IMG/VR virus record: IMGVR_UViG_3300035208_002115
Source of the DNA: a virus
Taxonomy: Duplodnaviria > Caudoviricetes
Length of the DNA: 64,000 nucleotides
Reading direction: 5' to 3' (one strand)
Both the position numbers and the translations under genes were made by a program. The notes below the pieces were generated by a model. That model was not told where the DNA came from. It saw only the letters and a list, made by a program, of their open reading frames with translations, and made no database searches. Shown here in pieces: positions 1 to 11,121 of this stretch. Every line of letters starts with the position of its first letter. Positions within the stretch are counted from its first letter, which is position 1.

Positions 1-20
1 TATCCCCAACAAATATGATA

Positions 21-404
21 TTATCGTATGTCATCGAATAAAGATATTATTTTTGTTTTTCTTTTTTTAGAAATTATATAATTTTTCAACTCTATTGGTT
101 CTTTCATATCGGCCTTGGTAATAAATCCCAAAGTATTTCTACTGTATTTACCATATAATTGTTCTGTGAAATGATTCGAAACCATTATTTGGTATTGGGT
201 ATTATCTGCTAAATAATCATAGAACATTTGGTCAATTATTATTTCAGCATTTGTATTAAGATTTAATATAAACTCTATATAATCAACCCAATCCATAATT
301 ATATCCCCAGATTTAAAATGGTGTATTTTATTTCGATACTTTACAAATAAATAACAATATTCACCTTTTTTGAGATGAATATATAAAGTATTATTATTAT
401 GCAT
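21..404 (-). CDS. hypothetical protein with C-terminal RxxK[IL]xx[IL] motif
   Basis: 127-aa ORF ending KRKTKIISLFDDIR. Confidence 0.7.
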   Translation of the reverse strand: MHNNNTLYIHLKKGEYCYLFVKYRNKIHHFKSGDIIMDWVDYIEFILNLNTNAEIIIDQMFYDYLADNTQYQIMVSNHFTEQLYGKYSRNTLGFITKADMKEPIELKNYIISKKRKTKIISLFDDIR

Positions 405-412
405 ATAATTTT

Positions 413-709
413 TTAATCGACAGTTTCGATGGTAGCTTCTATTTTTCGTTCATTGAGACCACGTTTCATAGGTAACAATAAATCCAAATCCCCTACTTTA
501 GCCTCTGTTTTACCTTTGTGGTGTGCAAGCAAAGCAACTTGTTCAGCCTGTTCTGGTGTGTGGTCACATATGTCACATAATGATTTTACAATCCAGTCGA
601 AGCTATTAACATCGTCATTATGAAGAATCAACCTGTGTGATTTAACAGTCTCATTCTTAATCTCATTAAGAACTTGCTCAATTGTTTTTGTATTTTCGTT
701 TCGTATCAT
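413..709 (-). CDS. clpS: ATP-dependent Clp protease adaptor ClpS (Bacteroidota type)
   Basis: LILHNDDVNSFDWIV...HTPEQAEQVALLAHHKGK matches the ClpS N-degron-binding core. Confidence 0.9.
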   Translation of the reverse strand: MIRNENTKTIEQVLNEIKNETVKSHRLILHNDDVNSFDWIVKSLCDICDHTPEQAEQVALLAHHKGKTEAKVGDLDLLLPMKRGLNERKIEATIETVD

Positions 710-742
710 ATGTTTATATTTTTCGTTTTATAAATTCAACTA

Positions 743-750
743 CAAATATA
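743..750 (-). promoter_or_regulatory. Bacteroidota housekeeping-sigma -7 element (TAnnTTTG) upstream of clpS
   Basis: TATATTTG on the minus strand. The same motif occurs at 1421-1428, 11059-11066, 12272-12279, 13949-13956, 35401-35408, 46491-46498 and 58868-58875 (-), and 46908-46915 and 51372-51379 (+), each at the head of a gene run. Confidence 0.6.
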
Positions 751-808
751 TATTTTAAATAAATTAAAAAAAAATTACAAGGGTTAATATTTTATATTTA
801 AAAAGTCT

Positions 809-1132
809 TTACATCCCGACATTGATATCGTTCCAAATATCTTTAATTTTTTCTTTCCTGAGATAAGGAATAAATTCTTTTTTTGTGACTTTTTCTACAT
901 CACACTTATAATAAATAGTATTAGTGTTGGAATTAGATTCACCGAATATGACATTTTTATATAAATATATGTATTCTTGTCCTCTAACTGTATGATAAAA
1001 AGATTTATATGGGTTTGTTAATTGATAAAATTTGATAAGAGTATAATTATCGTCAAATTTAATTGTTATACCATTTGGACTTTGTGAAATATTATACGCT
1101 AAAGAAACTGTTAATGCCATTAAATCAATCAT
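809..1132 (-). CDS. hypothetical protein with C-terminal RxxK motif
   Basis: ORF; LRKEKIKDIWND. Confidence 0.7.
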   Translation of the reverse strand: MIDLMALTVSLAYNISQSPNGITIKFDDNYTLIKFYQLTNPYKSFYHTVRGQEYIYLYKNVIFGESNSNTNTIYYKCDVEKVTKKEFIPYLRKEKIKDIWNDINVGM

Positions 1133-1421
1133 CTAATATAGTTTTTATTTTAAATAATCTTTCAATTATATTTGATTCTGTTGCATAAACTCTAATATCA
1201 CTCATGTATATGGTATCTGGTGAAATATATTTTAATTTTGCTGATACTTCATAATAAGTTCTAATTTTAAAATTTAATGATGAATATTTAGTTGAATAAA
1301 AATATAATTTATTTTCCATATCAATAAAAGATGACATATCATCAGATTTTTCACCTGAAAATAAACACATCAAATATATTTTATTCCTTTTTTTCATAAA
1401 AAAAAAACACTCCCCATACAC
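1125..1421 (-). CDS. hypothetical protein with C-terminal RxxK motif
   Basis: ORF; ERLFKIKTILDD. True start is probably a downstream ATG. Confidence 0.65.
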   Translation of the reverse strand: MYGECFFFMKKRNKIYLMCLFSGEKSDDMSSFIDMENKLYFYSTKYSSLNFKIRTYYEVSAKLKYISPDTIYMSDIRVYATESNIIERLFKIKTILDD

Positions 1422-1610
1422 AAAGATATGAAAAGTGTGTTAATCATCACTTAAATAAAATGTTTATTTATCCTTGAAAATTTCTTTTAATTCATTCCAT
1501 GAATATTGTACAAATTTTTCTCTTATGAATTTGAATTTTTGTTCGTCTTCAAGATTTTCAACAGGTAAACACCATTGACTTTCACCACATTCACATCTAT
1601 ACGCCATAAT

Positions 1611-2372
1611 TTAACTTTTTAGTGTTTCAATTAATTTAGAAATTTCTTCCTCACCATCAATAATCTTTTCTGTGTATTCACCTCGGTCAAGTATCACTCT
1701 CGGATTTGGTGTTCCTTCATTTATATAAGTGATGGATTTCAAACCATTTCTGAGTAAATCTTCTTTTGTTATATCAAGAGGATATTTTTTCATAGTTTAC
1801 GAATTAATATTTTCAACTGCTTCGGTTAAAGCTAAATCAAAAGATTCTTTATTTTCAACTTTAACCTGTCTGGGACAACTGATATGGTTCTGTAAATCAG
1901 TTTTGTTAACTATATTAACAAACCAAGTTGCATCTGTTATTGATTGACCAGCTTCAAATACAAACCAATCATCGGGCATTTTTGTGTTTTGTGGTTTCAT
2001 ATAAAATGTTTATTAAAATTTAAAAGAATTATTATTAGTAGTTTTTTTCTTACCTGAAAGTTTCACTTCAGCTTTTTGAAGCAATTTAACCTTTTCCGAA
2101 TATTCTTTCTTTTCAGATTTAACATCATTTAAATAAAGAAATTCAGTTATAGTCTCATTATTTTCATTGTTATAGCTGACTGCTATACATGGATATTTAA
2201 GCGGTTTCCCATATTTTCTCAGAATAATATCCTTATATTCTTTATGAATTTTAGCTTTAGGTGTCGAATTATCAGTCAAAATATTATTATCTTTAACCAT
2301 ATAGTTGATATATTCAACTTCGTCTGCGACAATCTGGCCTAATTCAAGTGCTAAAATGACATTTAACTTCAT
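1611..2372 (-). CDS. three small hypothetical proteins (1611-1793, 1797-2000, 2013-2372)
   Basis: Tightly packed co-directional ORFs; no recognisable motif. Confidence 0.6.
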
Positions 2373-2426
2373 GGAAATTATATTTTTTATCTTATATTCT
2401 AAAAAATATATTTAGTTTTAAATTAT

Positions 2427-3662
2427 TTACTTAAATATTTTATTCAGCTTTACTTTTCTGAAATATTGTGAAGTTTGGGGAGATTTGAGCATGTATATAT
2501 AAGCATCTTCTCCGTCAACTTTACTAACAGTATATAGACTATTAAAATCTTTGACAATATAAACAATCATATTATGATATATAGCAGTTTTAATTGTATA
2601 AATTAATTCACTAACTGGTATGTTTATAGCTTGACATGATTTATAAATAGTTTTATCTATATTCAATGAAAATGATTTTGTATCGAAACAATCATTTATA
2701 TTCATAAAAAAGGAAACAGTATCGACAAAGAATATGAAAGGCTCATATGTTTCGCCAATATTATTTATTTTATTTATTTCGAACATCGTCAAATATAGTT
2801 TCTATTTTAATTTTTCGGATATATCTTTCTGTTGATTTATTTTTTAATGATGAAACACTAAATGAACACCTTCTCACATCATTACAATCTAAATTATCAT
2901 CTTGGTGTAAAACCACATTATATGAATCTTGTAAAAGATATACTATTTTATTTTCCTTTACTAAATTCTTAATCATATTATAAAAAACATATACATTTCT
3001 TACAGTATGACTAAATGTGAAATCTTTTCTATAATCGTGATTATCATAAAAATATAGTATATCAATATTATGGTCATTAGAAACGGATGTATCATAAATA
3101 ATATCTGATACATCATTCACATTTCTATAAAAACATTCATTTTCAACAATAAAAACGAATGGGTGGTATCTTTTATCAATATTATTGAAAAAATCATATG
3201 TAGTTATTAAACTCATCTTAAAATCTCTCTAAGTTTAGCTCTACGAATTAGATTTTTATCAGTTTCAAGTGATAAATATATAGTTGCCTTTTTTCTTTTA
3301 AAATCATAATCAATACAGATGTTATTATCCTTTTTTAAAATATAAACAAAATAACCCTTATTTATGAACTTACGTATAAAATATACTAAATTATGTATAT
3401 TGGTATAATAATCAAGCTCGTATTTTTCCCAAAATTCATTATATTTAAAATAAGACCCAGAAGTTAGATACGTTCGACCACTATACACCGACATACCAGT
3501 GGAACGATGTTTTAACATAACTATTTTATATCTTGATGTAATTGATTTGCGTGGTTGAAGTGTATCAATGGTGTAAGGAATATCAATAGATTTTGTTATT
3601 TTTACACAATTAGAATATTCTTTCCCGATTGTTTGTAAAAACTTATCAATTTTAATATTCAT
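2427..3662 (-). CDS. three overlapping, probably paralogous hypothetical proteins (2427-2792, 2770-3216, 3213-3662), all with the C-terminal RxxK motif
   Basis: Shared I(G/D/N)..Y.PF.F.V-like N-termini and K....VY(I/L)(V/L) segments; ends FRKVKLNKIFK, IRKIKIETIFDD, IRRAKLREILR. Confidence 0.7.
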
Positions 3663-3704
3663 TATCGTTTTCTTAGATAAACTACGAAATTAACACCACT
3701 TTTT

Positions 3705-4267
3705 TTAATGCATTAAGGGGACTTCTCTTAAAGTGTTAGTTAATTTAATAACCTCATCTTCCTTCTCCTTTGTAGGTATAAAAATAAATTTACAGTTTTC
3801 ACACTCATCATCATATTTATAAATTGTCATAACATCATATATATGATTCTTGGCTTCTTCTGCTACCATGTTTCCCACATTAATAATAACACAATATAAA
3901 TTATCTGTTGTGTCTAATTTATTTAATATGTGAATTTCTTTATCATCAGAAAAATCAAAAACACAATTCATATCAGAATAAAGAGAATTTAGATGCTCTA
4001 AAACAGATATTCTTCTTTTTTTATCTGGGACTAATATTTTTATTTTCTGTTCCATTTTTATTAAGTATATATTTTATAACCACTAATATCATAAGCTGTC
4101 ATACCTGCGAATATTACACCATCCTCATATTCAATTATGTCTTCATCAGCATGGCATCTTGCAGTTTTTTGCCAATCAGTAAAAGTCAATCCAAACATTT
4201 CTTTGAATTTAATATCAAATTCTACATCTGATTCAGTTTGTTCTAATACTAATAATCTGTTCTTCAT
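3705..4267 (-). CDS. two hypothetical proteins (3705-4055, 4061-4267)
   Basis: Co-directional ORFs in an operon. Confidence 0.6.
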
Positions 4268-4273
4268 TAATTA

Positions 4274-5278
4274 TTATAATTTCAATTTTTTATACTCATC
4301 AAAATATAAATTTATATCTCGTTTAATATGTTCAGCGTTCGTTTCAAAAACATATTTTTCGAAATCTAAATATTCGTAATTTTCTTTTACAAAAATTCTG
4401 AAAGACTGAATAAATGAAACTAATTCTTTTTCTTTTAATCCAGTTAATAGCATTACAATACTCCCATTAAATTTGTCTTTATTCACTTGAATTATATATT
4501 CTTTTTCTTTGATATTTTTTATTTTATTTAAAATATCAACCTCAGTGAAATATTCACCAATAGTTTTGTAAACATAATCCTTATCTAAGAAAAAATTAAT
4601 AGTGTGGTTATGCTGATATTCTTTATCTTTTGAGTATTCAATTATTTCATCATAAATACCACTTCTCTTATTCGACTTTTGTGAAACTGATTCATATATT
4701 TTTGGAATAAAATATTTTGAAGTTATAACTAAATCAAATATATCATTTTTAGTTTCAAACCCCAGTTCAAATTTCTCATAATCCAAACCTACAAATTCTA
4801 ATACTTGTTTGAAATCTAATGATAATAAAATTGTTCCAATATTTCTAAAATGATTATTTATAACAGTATCATATTCGAAATAAAGACCATCCCACCCATA
4901 CTTAATGTTAAATTTTCTATACATTCTACCAAGTAAGATAGATAAATCTACCCAAGAATAATAGTACTTGGTTGTTTCATAATAATTGGGTTTAGTTGTA
5001 ATAAAATCTATTTGATTGTCTTTATAACAAATAGAATGAATATTAGAATTCTGTTTATACTGAGTTTTATTAAACCTGAAAATGTCAATAATATTTTCCC
5101 TACCAAATGGTTTAGGTATAATAATATCCAAATCCCCGAAAGTCTGTTTATCCTTATAATAATAGGGAATGAAAAAATCGACATTGTTTGTTTTTAATAA
5201 TTCAACAACATGATTTTTATATTCTTCGAATTCATGTCTACCAATACGTTTTGTATTGAAAAGATTTCCAGTTGACAT
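4274..5278 (-). CDS. nucleotidyltransferase (Pol-beta superfamily)
   Basis: K.TFGDLDII motif (GDxD) plus downstream QIDFI third Asp; LGRMYRKFNIKYGWDGL is typical of this jumbo-phage family. Confidence 0.7.
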   Translation of the reverse strand: MSTGNLFNTKRIGRHEFEEYKNHVVELLKTNNVDFFIPYYYKDKQTFGDLDIIIPKPFGRENIIDIFRFNKTQYKQNSNIHSICYKDNQIDFITTKPNYYETTKYYYSWVDLSILLGRMYRKFNIKYGWDGLYFEYDTVINNHFRNIGTILLSLDFKQVLEFVGLDYEKFELGFETKNDIFDLVITSKYFIPKIYESVSQKSNKRSGIYDEIIEYSKDKEYQHNHTINFFLDKDYVYKTIGEYFTEVDILNKIKNIKEKEYIIQVNKDKFNGSIVMLLTGLKEKELVSFIQSFRIFVKENYEYLDFEKYVFETNAEHIKRDINLYFDEYKKLKL

Positions 5279-5281
5279 TTT

Positions 5282-5815
5282 TTATTTTTTATCAAAGTTA
5301 TTCAAAAATTTCTTTTCTTCATCATTTAATGACTCATATCCTCTATTTTTTACTTTATCCAATATTTCATCTAAAAAAACTTGTGGTGATTTTTTAGTTT
5401 TTTTAACTTTAACCTGACCACTATTTTCAACAAATTCTAATAACTCATCAATATTATTCATTGTTAAAGCTTGATTATTATATTTTTTTGAATAATCCTC
5501 TGGTGTACCTTTATAAATTTTTAAAATTATATAAGATAACAATTTTTCAACAATATATTTATTATCAATTAATATTTTACTTACATTTTCAATGTATGTT
5601 GCTCGTTCTTTATTTTCAGCTTTAAGTACCAGATAATTGTCCAGATAAGTTTTAGCTTCTGATATTACTTTTTCCTTTTCTTCTATTATAATTTTATTTT
5701 CATTCAATTTAATTTGACTTTTTAATAAAAGACTAAATGTAATTTTATATTTCAAAAGATAATAAAGAAAAAATATTACCAGCGAACCAGTTATTATATA
5801 ATACCAACTTGTCAT
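5282..5815 (-). CDS. membrane-anchored coiled-coil protein with C-terminal DUF6576-like helical hairpin
   Basis: N-terminal TM helix; LDEILDKVKNRGYESLNDEEKKFL. Confidence 0.6.
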   Translation of the reverse strand: MTSWYYIITGSLVIFFLYYLLKYKITFSLLLKSQIKLNENKIIIEEKEKVISEAKTYLDNYLVLKAENKERATYIENVSKILIDNKYIVEKLLSYIILKIYKGTPEDYSKKYNNQALTMNNIDELLEFVENSGQVKVKKTKKSPQVFLDEILDKVKNRGYESLNDEEKKFLNNFDKK

Positions 5816-6189
5816 TATAAATTTATTAATTTATCAATATTTTCGTCAACATTAGTTTTTAACAAATCTAAGGCCAAATAAATTTCATCTACTTTTTCAT
5901 TTACCGAATTTTTAATTTTTTCAGTAGCCTTTCGTTGTACAACCTCATCAAATTGTTTCTGCATTTCTGATAAAGCTTCAAACGGATTCACGACAATTCC
6001 ATTTATGATAATCTGTATTGTGTGTGTACCATCTAATTCACCAGCTTCATCCCGAACTCCTTCTTCAGTTATTTTGTTAATAAATTCTTCTTGTGTTTGA
6101 TTGTCTGGGTTCTTAGAAATAGTTGTTAAAAAAAACCATCTAAAAAAATCATCCATTTGTTCTAAATCAAAGGTATGTTTTTCTTCCAT
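5815..6189 (-). CDS. hypothetical protein
   Basis: 124-aa ORF in an operon. Confidence 0.65.
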   Translation of the reverse strand: MEEKHTFDLEQMDDFFRWFFLTTISKNPDNQTQEEFINKITEEGVRDEAGELDGTHTIQIIINGIVVNPFEALSEMQKQFDEVVQRKATEKIKNSVNEKVDEIYLALDLLKTNVDENIDKLINL

Positions 6190-6237
6190 AAAAATAAATT
6201 ATTTTTTAATTATATGTATAAAAAATACTTTTGTTTT

Positions 6238-6612
6238 TTATTCTTGGAATATTTCTTCTAATTTTTTAATAAGGATATTACTAATGATTGGTTTTCTTAT
6301 ATAATATTTAATTGGAAATAATTCATCATTAAAATTTGGAATTTCATATCTTTCGAGAGCTGTTAATGCGACAATTTTTAAATCTGGTTTAGCAGTTTTA
6401 ATAGCATATGCAGCTTCAACACCATCCATTTCGGGCATCATAATATCCATTAATACTATATCATATTCGTTTTCGAGTGTTTTCTTCACACCATCTGACC
6501 CGTTATTAGCTAAATCAACTTGATACTTAGTATCATCTTTAAGTATCATTTTAATTAAGTTTTGTAATGTTCTATCATCCTCAATATATAATAATTTCAA
6601 TGGATTAATCAA
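6238..6612 (-). CDS. single-domain CheY-like response regulator
   Basis: LYIEDD, DIVLMDIMMPEMDG, ALTA and RKP receiver motifs. Confidence 0.92.
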   Translation of the reverse strand: MINPLKLLYIEDDRTLQNLIKMILKDDTKYQVDLANNGSDGVKKTLENEYDIVLMDIMMPEMDGVEAAYAIKTAKPDLKIVALTALERYEIPNFNDELFPIKYYIRKPIISNILIKKLEEIFQE

Positions 6613-6696
6613 AATGCTTTTTGTTTTTATATATTAAAAATATAATATATTTTGTTTTTAAAAAACAAAATTAATATATAAAAATAAAAATATTAA

Positions 6697-7530
6697 ATGG
6701 GGTTAAAATATTTACAAACTTTTGAACAACATATCTACAACGAAGGAAATATTAATGATAATTTTTGGAAATGGTTTGGTGATTCAAAAACCATAGAAAA
6801 TGGTAACCCTCAAATATTATTTCACGGAACAAAAGAAAAATTTAAATCATTTGATATAAAAAAAATAGGGTATGGTAGCCGAAATTATGGTCATTATGGA
6901 TATGGTTTTTATTTTTCAGATGATATTCGTGAAGCCCAAGTTTATGGTGATAATATTCTTAAATGTTATATCAAAATGGAAAACCCGTTTACTGCAACTG
7001 ACGATGAACTTTTACTATTAAAAAGAAATGGTGTGCGAAACATCCCAGATTTGGTTATTAAATCAATAGATTATGATTCACTATTTAAAGAGATAGAAAA
7101 AATTGATAAAAACGCATCAATATTAATGAATTATATTAAAAAATATAATCTTGAAATAGCTTGGGACAAATTTCATGAAGAAAAACGTGAAATTAAAGAC
7201 TATTATAACGATTTATCAAATTACACCGATGAATATACAACCTTAAATAAAAATTCGGATGGAGTACCTGATTACGTTTTTAAAGATTTATCTGATATTG
7301 GTGTTAACATAAAAAAACTAATTTATAATCAGGGTCTTGAACACCAAACTGCATTTCATTGGATAACTGATTTAGGAAATTATAGTCAAGAAGTCACTGA
7401 AGTTATTAAAAAACTGGGATATGACGGCATTATATATGGTTCAGAATATGTTGTTTTTAATTCTAACTATATCAAATCAGTAGATAATGATGGAACTTGG
7501 GATATAAATGACGATAACATATTTTCTTAA
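6697..7530 (+). CDS. ADP-ribosyltransferase-like protein (ART of polyvalent proteins) with N-terminal capsid-targeting-like peptide
   Basis: NFWKWFGDSK..NGNPQILFHGT, YGYGFYFSD..EAQVYG, GYDGII..SEYVVFNSNYIKS; starts MGLKYLQTFEQHIYNE. Confidence 0.7.
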   Translation: MGLKYLQTFEQHIYNEGNINDNFWKWFGDSKTIENGNPQILFHGTKEKFKSFDIKKIGYGSRNYGHYGYGFYFSDDIREAQVYGDNILKCYIKMENPFTATDDELLLLKRNGVRNIPDLVIKSIDYDSLFKEIEKIDKNASILMNYIKKYNLEIAWDKFHEEKREIKDYYNDLSNYTDEYTTLNKNSDGVPDYVFKDLSDIGVNIKKLIYNQGLEHQTAFHWITDLGNYSQEVTEVIKKLGYDGIIYGSEYVVFNSNYIKSVDNDGTWDINDDNIFS

Positions 7531-7865
7531 TCTCTTAATAATTTATCAATTTGATATTTTTGTTCCAGCCTATCCACATATTTTTTAAGTATTAAACCAT
7601 GACAAAGTTTTGGGAGACACCAACAGCCACATGTCTTAAACATTAGTTCTGGGAGAGATTCCATTAATTCTTTACTGTTTAATAAATATTCTTCGAATTT
7701 TTCAACCGCTTCTTCTCTGGTGGCAACGATAAATTTAGCTAAACTTTTTGGGTCGTGAGAATATGGATTACCCCATTTAGATTCTTCACCAGTTTTTGGA
7801 CAGTTTCCACGACCAATATAAACATCATAATTTTTATTTTTCTTAATGTTTACGAGTTTACACAT
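7527..7865 (-). CDS. DUF4326 family protein
   Basis: YDVYIGRG...SKWGNPY...REEAVEKF...CGCWCLPKLCHG. Confidence 0.85.
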   Translation of the reverse strand: MCKLVNIKKNKNYDVYIGRGNCPKTGEESKWGNPYSHDPKSLAKFIVATREEAVEKFEEYLLNSKELMESLPELMFKTCGCWCLPKLCHGLILKKYVDRLEQKYQIDKLLRD

Positions 7866-8106
7866 TCAATATATCTTTTAATTTTAATATTCTAATGTAT
7901 TCATTGTTTTTAAATCTATTAGCTAAAAATAAATCGCCATCAATTAATACATAATCCATGTTATTATGAACAAAACTATCATTAACTCTATATTTTTTAT
8001 ATAAAATGAGAGATTTCGCTAAATAGTTTTCACACTCAGTACTCCATGATATAACTTGGTTATATACACAAAATATAAAAACGCCTGAATTAATTTTACT
8101 ATTCAA
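7858..8106 (-). CDS. hypothetical protein with C-terminal RxxK motif
   Basis: IRILKLKDILNV. Confidence 0.65.
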   Translation of the reverse strand: MNSKINSGVFIFCVYNQVISWSTECENYLAKSLILYKKYRVNDSFVHNNMDYVLIDGDLFLANRFKNNEYIRILKLKDILNV

Positions 8107-8108
8107 AA

Positions 8109-9065
8109 TTATTTCACAGGTTTATAAGCTATTAATTTACCATCTTCCCCTATTGGTGTTAAATAGGTTTGGAAATAAGCCATTGGGTCTTTTAATTCAT
8201 CATTATATCTTATTTCATAATGTAAGTGGTCACCTGTACTAAGTCCAGTTGAACCGACATATCCTATAACTTGACCTTGGTTAACATATTGACCTTTTCT
8301 AACTTTCATGGATTTCATGTGAGCATATAATGTTTGATACCCATTACCATGATTTATAACGATTTTATTACCATAACCCAAATTAGAAGGTGTAACAATT
8401 TCAACAACTCCAGAAGCAGTAGCAACAATTTTACTACCACTTTTAGCTGATATATCTATTCCATCATGAAATATCACTCGTTTATAAAACGGGTGAAACC
8501 GTAACCCGAACGTTGAAGGGATGTACATTAAATCTTCAGTTCTTATAGGTTGTATTAAAGGAATTTTAGAAAAGGTTGATGTACCTTCTTGTTTCATTAT
8601 TTCTTTTAGTTCACCTTTAGAAACCATCATAGATGCTAATACTTTTGATGCATAAAAATATTTTTTATTCATTTCAGCTACTATTCCAGTATCATCTTTG
8701 TTAATAAATATCCCAACATCATACATATCTTCTCCATAATTTACAGAATCCACGTCTAATAATTCTCTATACATATTATTATCTTCAGCCACTAATAATA
8801 CTATTTGGTTCGAAAGTTCATTATAATTATTGTTTAATTTATTAAGTTTACTTTCCAAATAAATATTTTGAGACAACAAATAGGTTGATGTGTTAGTAAA
8901 TTTGACACCAGAAGAAATAACAGCGATAACAGCGATAATGCCAATGATAGACAAGACGTTTTTTATTGAAGTATATACGGATGAACTTATCTTTCCAAAT
9001 ATACTTTTTAAAAAATTGTTTGTTTTCATATAGTTTTCGTTTTTTTTAGTCCAATAAATATCCAA
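8109..9065 (-). CDS. M23 family peptidase (membrane-anchored murein endopeptidase)
   Basis: N-terminal TM plus coiled coil; HDGIDI, TLYAHM and GSTGLSTGDHLHYE zinc-binding motifs. Confidence 0.92.
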   Translation of the reverse strand: MDIYWTKKNENYMKTNNFLKSIFGKISSSVYTSIKNVLSIIGIIAVIAVISSGVKFTNTSTYLLSQNIYLESKLNKLNNNYNELSNQIVLLVAEDNNMYRELLDVDSVNYGEDMYDVGIFINKDDTGIVAEMNKKYFYASKVLASMMVSKGELKEIMKQEGTSTFSKIPLIQPIRTEDLMYIPSTFGLRFHPFYKRVIFHDGIDISAKSGSKIVATASGVVEIVTPSNLGYGNKIVINHGNGYQTLYAHMKSMKVRKGQYVNQGQVIGYVGSTGLSTGDHLHYEIRYNDELKDPMAYFQTYLTPIGEDGKLIAYKPVK

Positions 9066-9234
9066 TCATTTTTTAAAATGATAGTACATATCAATATTTA
9101 TTAGTACAAATTAATATAAAAAAATATTAAAATCACAACTCTTTTTGAGTAACAGTGCTTTTTTATAAACGTATCTGAGATACTTAGGTATTAATTTTTA
9201 TTATAAGGTATATATTTATATGTTAAAAGTCATT

Positions 9235-10722
9235 TTATTCCAAATTCTTAAATAATATGTCTACTTTCTTGGAAACCAGTTCTCTACCCTTCAAAAGTTG
9301 AGATTTTATCGTAGATAGATTTATACCTAAAGCATTAGAAATCTCTTGATATTGCATACAATCAATTTCTCGCATGATTAATACCTTTTTATATTTTTCA
9401 TGTTTTTTAGGTAATGTATAAATGACATTTCGAATTATTTCAGCTTTTTTATCGATTAAAACCTGTTGATTCAAATCATCCTCACCATAATCATATGGTA
9501 TCAAATTTAATAAATTAACTCCGTAGTCTTCGTCATCGTTTGAATTAGAAGAATTATTATCAATAGGCACAACATTTAATCGTTTTTCATCTTTAAATGA
9601 TTTTTTAACGATATTTTCAGCAATTCTATATAACCAAGTATTAAATTGGGACTTCTCTGGGTTGTAGGATTCTATTTTCTCCAAGGCTTGTATGAATGCT
9701 TCATTAGCAAATTCTTGGGCAGATTCAAGGCTTTTTGTATATTTGGCAAGATGCCAACTTAAATTATTAAAATGTTTATTATAATATTTTTTAAAGACGA
9801 TGCCAACTTTATTTTCAAATAACTTCTCACATTTATTCTGAATATTATTTTCTTCAAATAAAGTGAATAATATTTCTATAATTCTATCTGTTTCACGACA
9901 AACCGCACCAGCATCTTTATTCGAAAACATATCCATATATTGATGGAAAACATCCAAAGCATTAACATTAAAATCTAATCCAGACTCTAAAAACTTTTCT
10001 GGTGTTTTTAATGCTTCTATTAAAATTTCGTCTTTTAAATTTATATTTTTACGAATTCGCCTGTCCAACCCAAGTATTTTTTGTCTTTCACCAAGTTTTA
10101 TTTGTCCCTTAGAATCAAACGCTATTAATTTATTTGAAAGACTTCTATAAGATACTTTCTCATTCTTTAATCTTTCTAACGTGTTAGTTTGTCTCTCGAC
10201 AGCTTTTGTAAATAATTTTAATTTATCTGAAATCTGTTCTATTTTTTTAATATATGAAAATTTACTATGTTTAATTCGATGTGATGTGTGACTATTATTA
10301 TATGTTATAAAAGATTTACTATTATTTTCTCTATATAATAGACCCATATTTAATTGAGTTGATATTTTCCCATTGACCGAATCAGATAAAGAAATATATT
10401 CAACATAATCTTCACCATTAATATACAAACCTTTACACATGAAACTTAATTCATACTGACCATCTTCGTAAAATGTAAGTGAATATAACAGTGGATTAAT
10501 ATTATTTTCTTTTAATTTATTTAGAATTAAATCATTAAATACTGGGTGTTGGAAAAGAAGTTTTTTATGGGTTGATTCACATTTGGCTATTTCAGTATCA
10601 CCAAATTTTATATGTAATATTTTTTCCCCATTTTCAACTTCAATGTTTGTTTTTAAGCTATTCAAAATAAATTTTAATTCTCTGGTATTATATACTCCCG
10701 AACGCTCAAATGACTTTCTCAT
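9235..10722 (-). CDS. ECF-type RNA polymerase sigma factor with a large N-terminal DUF932-like extension
   Basis: C-terminal sigma region 2 (AQEFANEAFIQALEKIESYNPEKSQFNTWLYRIAEN) and region 4 (MQYQEISNALGINLSTIKSQLLKGR); N-terminal ~285 aa resembles 11375-12235. Confidence 0.8.
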   Translation of the reverse strand: MRKSFERSGVYNTRELKFILNSLKTNIEVENGEKILHIKFGDTEIAKCESTHKKLLFQHPVFNDLILNKLKENNINPLLYSLTFYEDGQYELSFMCKGLYINGEDYVEYISLSDSVNGKISTQLNMGLLYRENNSKSFITYNNSHTSHRIKHSKFSYIKKIEQISDKLKLFTKAVERQTNTLERLKNEKVSYRSLSNKLIAFDSKGQIKLGERQKILGLDRRIRKNINLKDEILIEALKTPEKFLESGLDFNVNALDVFHQYMDMFSNKDAGAVCRETDRIIEILFTLFEENNIQNKCEKLFENKVGIVFKKYYNKHFNNLSWHLAKYTKSLESAQEFANEAFIQALEKIESYNPEKSQFNTWLYRIAENIVKKSFKDEKRLNVVPIDNNSSNSNDDEDYGVNLLNLIPYDYGEDDLNQQVLIDKKAEIIRNVIYTLPKKHEKYKKVLIMREIDCMQYQEISNALGINLSTIKSQLLKGRELVSKKVDILFKNLE

Positions 10723-11065
10723 ATAGATTACTTTTTAATTTGGCTTTATCTTGTAGTTTGATTTAAATAAATAGTTTGACTTTTTATAAAAATATTTTTA
10801 TTTTATCATAATATTAAAAATTAATAAAAGGTTATCAATTATAAACACAATTATCTATAACATGTTACCATGCTATCAATTTACTAATAAAAAAATAATA
10901 GATTTTATTTCACCAGTGAAACTTGAAATAAAGATACAAGGTTCATACGAACTTTGTCATTAAACTATATATGTCAGTATGGTATCTTAAATAACAGCCT
11001 CATTAGGTTTTAAAGGGTGAAACAATATGTTAATTCTTTAAGATGGTATCTCTTACTCCAAAGGT

Positions 11066-11104
11066 AAAAAAAAATCCGATTCTCACAACAAGAATCGGAT
11101 TTTT
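11066..11104. terminator. intrinsic terminator
   Basis: AAAAAATCCGATTCT-loop-AGAATCGGATTTTT. Confidence 0.75.
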
Positions 11105-11121
11105 AATATTTTTATTTTTTT

